DNA from: Mantamonas sphyraenae STR306
Taxonomy: Eukaryota > Protista > CRuMs
Reading direction: 5' to 3'
Assembly: GCA_026936335.1 (NCBI GenBank)
Contig: JAPMXV010000050.1
Location: 62,001 to 126,000, forward strand
DNA length: 64,000 bases
In this document: piece after piece, positions 1 through 8,950 of the stretch
Numbering within the stretch: position 1 is the first letter of the stretch
Layout: every line of letters starts with the position of its first letter
The notes under the pieces: model-generated
Told to the model about the DNA's origin: nothing
The model's input: only the letters and a program-made list of their open reading frames with translations
Database searches by the model: none
Program-made: the position numbers and the translations under genes

Positions 1-3000
1 TACGGTTGCCACGCTGTTTGGTGCCGTGATCCAGACCCAGCTGCATGCAGATGTTCATGCCCCATCCAAACACGTCGCCCTCGGCGGTGAGGGCAAGCGA
101 AAAGTCGGGACCAGCGGCCACCTTGAGCACCGACTTGTCGTGCATCAGAGCCAGCTGCTTGGGCACCGTCTGATCACGTTTGGAACCGTGGCCTAGGGCG
201 CCTGTGAAGCCCACGCCGACGCTCAGGAGCTTGCCAAACTCGGTGACAAAGAGGGTGTGCGAGTGCCCACAGCCCACGTGCATGACATTGCGACCCTCCA
301 GATTGTGTACGGCACTGGGGCTGCGATGGTTGCGCGTGCTTCCTGTTCCCAGCTGGTACTGCAGACCGCGGCCCCAGCTGTAACAATAATTGGGTTCCAC
401 GGTGTCGTCGTCCGCCACGCTTGCGTTCAGACTCATCGAGCCACTCGATGACACATAAATGGACCGTGAGCGCCCCGATCCTCCACGCACGCGACCCATC
501 ATGTGCAAGGTGCCCTTTCGCGACGCCAACGACGGCGATGCGAGCGGAGATCCTTGCTTGTCCTCCAGGGTGACACTCAGACTTGTGCCGCTGCTGCTTC
601 CTGTGCCACTGCCACTGCTGGACGTGGACCCTGTGGACGACGCCGAGTCCAGACCAGACTCTGCCCCATGGATCTTGCTCATGTTGCTCACCAGAACGGC
701 CAGCGTGTCCAGGGTCTCCTTGGACAGCGCGTTGGCACGGCACATCTTGTTCACAAACTGCCGGGTGTAGGACTCGCTCAGACCCAAACTCAGCATGTTG
801 AACGCATAGTTGCCCAGCAGCTCAAACACCACTGACTCTTGGTTGGCCAGGATCGATTCCAAACCGCCTTCGTCCTCTCCTTCCGAACTGCTGCTGCTGC
901 TGTTGCTGCGTGCGTTTTCTTCGGCCCGTTTCTTGTCCTCCACAAAAGCAGTGGTCCAATACTTGTCTTGGGCCCAGATGGGTGCGGTGCGCAGACGCTG
1001 TTGCAGGAGCTCATGCGATCCAGAGTCAGTGAGGCGGTAGTAGCGTCCGATGACGTCCATCAGCACGCGCGCATTGGTGTACTCGTTCTCATGGCTGATG
1101 TGGTGCAGACAGGTATGCAGCACCGTCAGCAGCTGGTCGAAGCAGCCGTCGCTGAGGATAGACGATGTCGCATCGGCCAACGACAGCTCCTCCACCAGCC
1201 GCGTTCTTCCCGTTTCGTACTCCACCATTTCGCCAAGCTGCTGTTGCTCCTCTTTGTCCAACTCTGTGCCTCCCAGCAACCGGCTGGCACACTCGACAAT
1301 AAACGTGCCTGACGCATCCAACTGCACAATCGATCCGTGTCGTGCACGAACGCCGCCGTGGCTGAGTGCAGAGCTGGGGGACGCCACGTCGTCATCATCG
1401 GCCCCATCTCCCCTGTCTCTCATCACCAGAGCTTCCAGCGCCGCTGTGTCCACATCCGCCATCACTGCACCCAGTGTGTCCTCGTCCGCCAAGGCCTCGT
1501 GGTCAAACGTGCCATCCCACACGCCCTGCCGGCCGTTCTCCGGACGTTCCTCAGGTGACCATGCAGATGCCTGTCTGTACCCATACACATACGCTGATCC
1601 TGCACTGTCTCCAGGCTGGGCGCAGTGGCGAAGGTAAAAGGCGTGCAGGCCAAGCAGCAGGTCGTCGCGCAGATCGTCGAGGTGCGGTGGGGCCGTGGAA
1701 ACGTGCACGGGAAACGGATGGGTGAAGCGCAGAAGGGAGGCAGTAGGCATGAGAGAGGCCATGAGATAGCCAAATGGGGACAGGGTGGCTTCCACGGCAT
1801 GCAAGTAGGTGGCAAACACGGTTCGCATGCCCTCCAGGTGCTCGGTGACAAAGGAGGCAAAGGCCTGTGTTTGCAGCACCATGTGCAGAAAGTCCGGGTC
1901 GTCGCTGGTGGCTCCGTAGGGGGACCGCTTGAGAAAAGTACTCTTGTTGAAGGAAATAATGGGCACTGCAGCGCTCTGCAGGATGATCAAGTGACGGCGA
2001 GCCTGCTGAAACAGGTTGGCCCAACATTCCAGAAAGAGGGAACGCAGCAGCAAGTCGAGATGGATGTCCACCGCTGCCCTGCCCAGGTGATCGGATTGTT
2101 CCGAGTGGACGTAGGGCGAGTAGGAGACCGGTTTGTATCGAGGACCAAGATCGGCGCTGTCCTGACCCACCACCAGACTGTCGTGTTGGGCATCGACGGA
2201 ATCCAGCAACGCTGTCTCTGGATGCAGCAGGAGCTCGAGGTTGGCGACGAGAGGCCCACGCAAGGCAGCAGGGAGATGGCAGGAGGCAGCGGATTCGGGC
2301 TGGCGAAGCTGGCCATTGTCCAGGTTGACAAAGACCAAATGGTCCATATCGGCGCCAGCAAAATCGCCGCTGTGCTCGTCTCCCAGCGTCCCATAAGCGT
2401 TGGGCGAGTCCGAGGCAGCAGCGAGGGTGTCGTTGTGGCAGCCGAGAAGAAAAATGGTCGGGGCGTTGAGGATCTCCGTGAGGCCCTCGGGCAGCACGGG
2501 GATGAACACGTGATGCCACTCAAATGGGAAAATGAGGGAAATGAGGGCCAGAGAGCAGTGCGTCAGGCGTGCGTTGCTTGAACTGTGCAGCACGAGAGAA
2601 AACTGCTCGGTGAGCAGGAGGCAGGCCAGATGTACCACCGTCTGCACGTCCAGCGTGGCAAACAGGTGCCTCAGAGAGACGTCGTGCAGAGGCAAGTCGT
2701 TGGCCGGAGGCAGTGACACACGCACGGATTTCTCGCCGAGTCGCAGAAGCAGAGACGGACTTGAGCTGAGTCGTGCGCCAGGAGACGGGAGTGATTGCAA
2801 AGGTTGCCACCCGAGAAGCTGGTCCTCCAGGGAAATGGGCATCTCAGCGTGGTCCGAACTGTGTGCGTAGCTGCTGTAAAGATGAGACAGGAGGACCCTG
2901 TGCAAGGAAAGCAACGGGTGGGTGCTCAGCAGACACAAACAACGCGGAAGGGCAAGGGACGGCGACGCTGACGTGCTCTGGTGCCACACCAGCGCTGCAG

Positions 3001-3477
3001 CATAGAAGCGAGTGCCGTCGAGCGCGGTGAGGACAAAGGGCATGTACGAAGGCCGCGGGTGCACCTTGTTGCAACTTGCGTGCATGCCTGCAGGAAAGGC
3101 AAACTGCAAAAAAGGGGTTGGGGCGTGTGCAAAGGCAACGGCAACGTGTCAGTGAGAGCGCAAGGCGGATTTTCAACTTTTTGACGACTCACCTGCACCA
3201 CATCGTCTGCATTGAGGCCCAACTGAGCATCCTGGGCGTCTGGATGTTTGTCTATCACCACGGGTTGCAACGGAGTGGATTCTGCAGAGGGAGAGAGTGA
3301 GAGAGGTGTTTGGGGGGGTGGGTATGCATCCACTACAAACGTACCCACTGCACTGAGCTTGGACGGATGAGCTCCCTGCTCGGCTACTGCTGCATATTCA
3401 TGGACAAGGGACTGGACCTGTTCGGGGTCTGCAGCAATGCTGAGCAGGACAAACGACATTTCTTCGCTGGTTTGCAT
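1..3477 (-). CDS. DENN-domain protein (uDENN-cDENN-dDENN) with SBF2-like region and C-terminal RCC1 repeats; 3'-partial
   Basis: Absent from the ORF track because it runs off the window edge. Hand translation gives uDENN (QFAFPAG...FVLTALDGTRFYAAAL...PRCLCLLSTHP), cDENN (LALISLIFPFEWHHVFIPVLPEGLTEILNAPTIFLLG), dDENN (FLECWANLF...FLHMVLQTQAFASFV), SBF2-like (LQQRLRTAPIWAQDKYWTTAF...LGNYAFNMLSLG) and RCC1 blades (CYSWGRGLQYQLG, VGCGHSHTLFVT, VAAGPDFSLALTAEGDVFGWG). Exons 3477-3345, 3281-3193, 3103-<1. Introns 3282-3344 (GTACGT, in-frame, less certain) and 3104-3192 (GTGAGT, CACTGAC, CAG). Start ATG uncertain. Confidence 0.85.
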
Positions 3478-3503
3478 TCCACTGCGCCTCCGTACACAAC
3501 ACT

Positions 3504-4949
3504 TCATGTGTCCACATGCTCAAGGTCGGTGGTGGTGGCAGAGGGCAACGACACGCTGCTGCTGCGTCTGCTGCTGGCGGCGCTGGACATGCCGGAACCG
3601 GGAGTCCCCCAACCGGGATCCAGAGTGGTTCCGTCAACTCCGGTTCCGGCTGCACCTGTCTGCGACCCTGTGTCTGTGTCTGTACCCGTGTTTGTGTTTG
3701 CCGCCTCGTTTTCTGAGTCTGTGTGTTGCTGCTGGCCATCGTGGCTGCCGCCGCCGCTGGACAGGACTCCGGCCTTTTCCAGGGAGTCGCGCAATTGGTC
3801 GACATGGCCAAATGAGCTGTCGACACTGGGCTGGCTCGGATGCACGGCAATGTCAAAGGAGAGCAGCGGGTCGGACTTGACCTCGAGCACATCAAAGTCG
3901 TAGTACAGGGGACACACAATCTCCAGCACTCGGGGCGCAATCGTGGGCATCACATACTCTCCACCACTGAGCTTGGCTTGCTTGGCCCTCTCTTTGGCCT
4001 TTTCCGCTTCCCTGTCTTCTTCCAGCTGCTGTTGCATCTGTGCCAGCCGTTGTTGGCGCCGTTCGAGACGCGCTTGTTCGCGCTCTTCCTGCCTGCGTTC
4101 GAGCTCGTCGTCGTCGAGAAGGACATGCTCGGCATCTTCTTCGTCGTCTTCTTCCTCATCCTCGTCGTCAAACTCCTGGTCAATCTGTGCCTCGAGGGTG
4201 GCGAGATCGGCAGCCTCGCGTTGTCGCTGAAGCTTGTCCAATCGTATCCTGCGTGCCTCCTGGGCGTCTTGGAGGGTGTCAAAGCCCAACAGGTGGGGAT
4301 AGGAGGAAGCGACGACGGGGAGCAGGTCAATGTCGGGCTGGTCGTCGACGGTCCAGTCGTACGGAGGTCGGCCAATGCCCAATTCGGCCAGGGAGTGTTT
4401 GTAGTTGGTGACCAGGGCGGAGGAGGACACCTTGCCCAGGTAGACCTTGAGCTTGAGGATGTTTTCGCCATGCTTATCGTAGATGTGGCGCACGAGTTCG
4501 CTCACGGGGGTTTGTGCAGGCACGCGCAGACTAAAGTTGACATAGGACCAGGTGAGCATGCGAAACTCGACGGTGACAAACACTTGAGTCTTGCGGATGA
4601 TTTCGTTGACGAGGCGCATCTTGCGAAAGGTGTCGATGGCGCCCTCGACAAACTCGTCGGGCAACGGTCGCACGGCCTTCTTCTTCTTGCGCCGTGTGCG
4701 CTTGCGCTGACCATACACGGAGCGCGAGGTTGTGGAGGAACGTGATGAGCGACGCGTGGAGCGTGTGACGGTGCTTCCTGCCGTGCTGCTTGCGCTGTCG
4801 TCTTGCTGGGCAAAGGAAACGCCGCGGCGGCTGCTTCGTCCGGTGTGTGAGGAGGAGGCGGTGGACGAGGAGGACGACGATGCGCTGGTGGACGAGGTCA
4901 TTTGAGGGCCCGACAGGATGGAGGCGAGGTCGTCAAACTCGCCAGACAT
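3504..4949 (-). CDS. Protein (~481 aa) with a ubiquitin-like domain and a charged coiled-coil insert
   Basis: Part of ORF 3504..5279; likely start MSGEFDDL at 4949, because the upstream part overlaps BRX1. VTVEFRMLTWSYVNFSLRVPAQTPVSELVRHIYDKHG...LKVYLG...SLAELGIG has a beta-grasp pattern, flanked by Ser-rich, basic and acidic low-complexity segments. Confidence 0.6.
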   Translation of the reverse strand: MSGEFDDLASILSGPQMTSSTSASSSSSSTASSSHTGRSSRRGVSFAQQDDSASSTAGSTVTRSTRRSSRSSTTSRSVYGQRKRTRRKKKKAVRPLPDEFVEGAIDTFRKMRLVNEIIRKTQVFVTVEFRMLTWSYVNFSLRVPAQTPVSELVRHIYDKHGENILKLKVYLGKVSSSALVTNYKHSLAELGIGRPPYDWTVDDQPDIDLLPVVASSYPHLLGFDTLQDAQEARRIRLDKLQRQREAADLATLEAQIDQEFDDEDEEEDDEEDAEHVLLDDDELERRQEEREQARLERRQQRLAQMQQQLEEDREAEKAKERAKQAKLSGGEYVMPTIAPRVLEIVCPLYYDFDVLEVKSDPLLSFDIAVHPSQPSVDSSFGHVDQLRDSLEKAGVLSSGGGSHDGQQQHTDSENEAANTNTGTDTDTGSQTGAAGTGVDGTTLDPGWGTPGSGMSSAASSRRSSSVSLPSATTTDLEHVDT

Positions 4950-4993
4950 GGTGTGATGAGTGGATGGTTGTTGCGCCGGGGGGCGCAGCAAGG

Positions 4994-6593
4994 ATGGGTC
5001 GTAAAGCAAAGCGGCAGGCAACTCGGGCCAAGAAGCGAACAGCGGCAGCGATGGAGGAGGAGGAGGTGGAGGCATTGGACCACTTTGAGGAGGAGCGTGG
5101 GGCAGCAGAGGTGGAGGATGACGTGTCAGCACTGCTGAGCAAGCGGGGCAAGGGCCGTGGAGGACGTCGGGGAAAGCGAGCGAACGACGACTCGGACTCG
5201 GAAGACGAGTCGAGCAGTGACGAAGAAGAGGTGATTGTGCAACGCAATGCCAAGGGAGAACTCGAGGCTGTGTCTGCAAGCGTCAAGGCACAGTGGCTGG
5301 CCAAACAAGCCGCCAAGGGCAAAAAGACAAAGGGCGGACGAGGAAGCAGCGGCGACGGCAAAGACACCAGCAGCAGCAGCAGCAGCAGCAGTAGCAGCAG
5401 CGGAAGCCAAGGCAAGGGCAAGAAAGAGACTGTGGCGGAAGCATGGCGATTCCGAAACAAGAGCAAAGTGCTTGTGTTCAGCTCGCGAGGCGTGAGCACG
5501 CTGCATCGACATCTCATGCAGGATCTGCGCAACCTGATGCCGCACAGCCGCAAGGGTAGGTTTGACGAGACGCGGGCCAACGGCGTTGCGTAAAGTGGTG
5601 TGACGGACGGCAGGGCGAGGGAGTCAGTGGGTGGAAGGCAAAGGCGAGGGAGGCGGGTTTGTTTGCGCGTGCAACACGCGGGTGGATTTTTTTCTGCATG
5701 CCTCGGGACGGATTTCAGTCCGCTGACACAGCAAACGACGCACACGTGTTCCACGCAACGGGGATTACGTCATCGACACCACCACGACCACACACACACA
5801 CACGCACACACTCACAAACACCCTGGGGAGCACAGAGGTGAAGCTGGACGAAAAGGGGTCGCTGCGAGTCATCAATGAGATTGCGGAAGCGAGGGACTGC
5901 AACGGAGTGGTGTTTCTGGAGGCGCGACGCAAGGAGGACCTGTACATGTGGGTGTCACGTACGCCGAATGGACCGTCGGCCAAGTTCCACTGCACGCACC
6001 TGCACTCGCTGCTGGAACTGAAGCTGACGGGCAACTGCCTGAAGGGCTCGCGTCCGTACCTTGTGTTTGACAAGGGGTTCGAGGAGACGCCTGAGCACAG
6101 ACTGATGAAGGAGATGCTTGTGCAAACGTTTGGGACACCCAACATGCATCCGCGCAGCAAGCCGTTCTTTGACCACGTGTTTTCGTTCACGCTGCTGGAA
6201 GACACCATCTGGTTCCGCAACTACCAGGTGGTCAAGACGGAGGATGAGGAGGAGGCCACCAAGTCGGTGACGTCGCTGGTGGAGATTGGGCCTCGGTTCA
6301 CGCTGCGGCCGATCAAGATCTTTTCGGGCAGCTTCCAGGGCGCTACGCTGTACGAGAACCCGAAGTATGTGTCGCCGACGCAGCTGAGGGCCATGCTGAA
6401 GCGCAAGGCTGGCGCCAAGTATGTAAACCGGCTGGTGAGCGAGGCCAAGCGCAGGAAACGGGAGGTGGAAAACAAGGAGCGTCCTGACGAGCTGGATTTC
6501 GACGACTTGTTTGACGATGGGTTGGGCGGCAGCAGCAGCAGCGGCGGTGCGGGCGAGAGTGGGGAAGGCGACAGCGGCAGCGATGAGGAGTGA
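4994..6593 (+). CDS. BRX1: Ribosome biogenesis protein BRX1 (Brix domain), ~439 aa
   Basis: Exons 4994-5555 and 5836-6593 join as HSRK-E-VKLD across intron 5556-5835 (GTAGGT...CAG). Motifs NKSKVLVFSSRGV..HRHLMQDL..LMPHS, FLEARRKEDLYMW, GPSAKF, TGNCLKGSRP, SKPFFDHV, IWFRNYQ, LVEIGPRF, GSFQGATLYENP. Confidence 0.95.
5680..5781 (+). ncRNA. Candidate intronic H/ACA snoRNA
   Basis: Inside the BRX1 intron: hairpin (GGTGGA...TCCGCT), H-box-like ACAGCA at 5728-5733, second hairpin (GACG...CGTC with inner CGTGTTCC/GGGATTACG), then ACA at 5776-5778. Folded by eye only. Confidence 0.35.
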
Positions 6594-6607
6594 AGAAACC
6601 AGTCTTT

Positions 6608-8769
6608 TCATTCGGCTCCGGGGAGAGGTGGGCGAACGTGGGTGGCAATGTCGAGAGAGTCTTGCGGGGCATGGACGAGCACCTTGCCTGTGGTGGCGAC
6701 GTGGAGGTTGATGCCTGAGGACGGTAGGAGGGCCCAGTTTGCGACGTCGGTGAGGAGCTGGGGTGTTGTGTCGACTGTGTTCTGTTGGCCGGCGCGCTGC
6801 TGGGCGAGCTTGGATTGGAGGATGCTCTGCTTGACGCGTGCACGCATGCGCAGTTGCTTGCGTTCGGCTGCAGTCATGTCGGGGATGACGCGGAGGAAGG
6901 AGATGTCAAAGGCGGTGTTTTGGGTTTCGTCGATGTAGTGCTCCTCGTCGGGGCTAACGAGATTCGTGTAGGGTGACCAGCATTCGGCAGGGTCCTGATC
7001 GGCGTAGGGTACAAGGAGGGAGTGTGCGTCGAGGTCGGCGGGGGCCGTGTCGAGCTGGTTGGAGACGAGCTGGGGCGCAAGGGCGTCGGCGCGGTGGAAG
7101 AGGTTGTAGCGAAAGGTAATGAGGCGCCGGGAGGTGTAAAAGTAGCGGTGGGCGTCCAGGGAGCTTGCGGTGATCCACTCACGAAGGAGGACGTGGACGG
7201 GAGGCACGCTGGAGGATTCGCCGTCTCCACCGGAGAGGACGGGACGCAAATAGGCGAGAAGGGCGCCCATGTCGCGAGACTGGAAGAGGATGCCGTTTGC
7301 ACCGCCATGGGCGACTCGAAGGGCGGCATAGTCGGGGTGGACGGCAGCGGACTTGTGCACGAGGTATTGGAGGGCACGGAGGGCGTTGGGGCACATGCGG
7401 AAGCCTTCGTCGGCGTCCAGGAGCAGATAATTGTGGGATGTGTCATCCAGGAGGGCATCCAAGGAGGCAACGAGGTTTTCGAGCTGCCGGCGTCGCAGTT
7501 CGGTGTGGAGGGGTTGGCTTGCGCGCTCGTTGACGAGTTTGCGGATGGTTTGAGAGTTGTCGATGAAGCGGACGTTGGGACGTGTGTTGTACTTTGCCTT
7601 GGCGGCGTCAAAGGCCGGGTGGGAGTCCTTGGCGTTGTTGACGAGAACAATCTGAACGAAACGCTCGATGTCGAGGTTGTCCATGCCCTGCTGGGCAAAG
7701 ATAGAGTCGAGGGTGTGTTCGAGGTAGTTTGTCTGCTTGCCGGCGTCTGGGTGGACGACGTGCTGTCTGTGTTGGATGTCTGTGTTGATGATGAGAGTGA
7801 CCGGGTAGGCCTTTGGGTGTCTGCAACGTGTGTGGGAGTGAGGTGAAAGGAGTGTGCAAAGTGTAAGCGAGGGAAGGAAGAAGCGGAAAGTGCAAAGGTG
7901 GGATGCAACGTACTGCTTGCGGAGAGCTTGCATAGCTTCGCGAGCCTGCGAAAGCTGTGCCTGGGCTCCTCGGACGCCGTCGTGTAGCTTGGACAAGCGT
8001 TGGTGGAGAGAGGCGGCGGAGGAGGCAGAGGAAGAGGATTGGGAGATGCGTTTGGCAGCCTCCCAGTCGATGTTTCTCTTTGTTTCGGCCTCTAGCTTTG
8101 CGGTGAGGGCCTTGGCAGCGGCAATGAACTCTTCGCGCCTGCGTTGCTCTTCTGCACGTCTACGCGCCTCCTGTGGGGTGGACGAGATGACGGGTGGAGA
8201 TTGATCCAAGTGAGTGAGCGAGGTGCAGATGCAAAGGGTGTGTGGGTGTGTGTGGGTTCGGGGAATCGGGCTGTACCTCTTGCTGCCGGCGCTGCTGCTC
8301 GAGGGCTTGTTGGCGGGCAGCCTGGGGGTGGGAATGGCAAAGCAGTTGGCCAAGGAGGAGGGGGTTGGGGTTGGGGTGGGGGAAATTGAAGCGAGGGGAT
8401 GGGGTTTCGGTGTCAGTGGGCTGTGTTTAGGAGGGATGTTGACGTGCGACTTGCCTCTTCCTGGCGCTTTCTTTCTTCCTCGAGTCTCCTGCGCTCCTCC
8501 TCTTGCTGGCGTTGGGCCTGCAGTTCTTGCGGGGTTGGCGTGTTTTGATTCTGATTCTGTTGTTGCTGCGGTTGTGGCTGTTGTTGCTGCGGTTGTTGCT
8601 GAGGGGTTGCTCCGTTGTCGTCGTCGTCCGGAGCGCCATACCCGGGAATGTCGTTGTCGCCATCTGCTGCGACTAGGGACAGGAGAGAACAAACGAACAG
8701 TGTGACCAGAAGCCAGCGTCGACTCCTCGCGCAGGGACGAGCCCGGTGCTCCGAGGAGAGCTCGGCCAT
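6608..8769 (-). CDS. Secretory-pathway glycosyltransferase, GT54/MGAT4-like GT-A fold, ~609 aa
   Basis: Exons 8769-8455, 8321-8277, 8170-7914, 7820-6608 (1830 nt, in frame). N-terminal hydrophobic segment WLLVTLFVCSLLSLVAA and a Q/E/R-rich stem. Catalytic-like region NYLEHTLDSI...IVLVNN...YLLLDADEGFRMCPNAL...ANGILF...FRYNLFH resembles protist GT54-like proteins. Confidence 0.6.
8322..8454 (-). other. GC-AG intron
   Basis: GAG|GCAAGT donor, CACTGAC branch, CCCCAG acceptor. Removal joins RQEE to AARQQALEQ in frame; unspliced, the frame stops at 8413. Confidence 0.7.
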
Positions 8770-8950
8770 ACTCGCGTTTTGGTTTGGCCGCTGTGGCGAC
8801 CTGGTGGGGTACATTGCTTCACGAGACGTGTTCCCTAGCCACATTTGCCTCGCTCATGTCCACTGGATCATCCATCACCTCCAAGGCAACACTGCGCCGG
8901 GTGCTCCAACCAAACAAACTTTCCCCAACAACCCCAACCGCAAGACAAGC

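Noticed and set aside
2898-2930. Possible acceptor (TTTCCTTGCACAG) in the DENN gene
   Set aside because: The frame is open and encodes the conserved DENN segment CLCLLSTHP, so no intron is needed.
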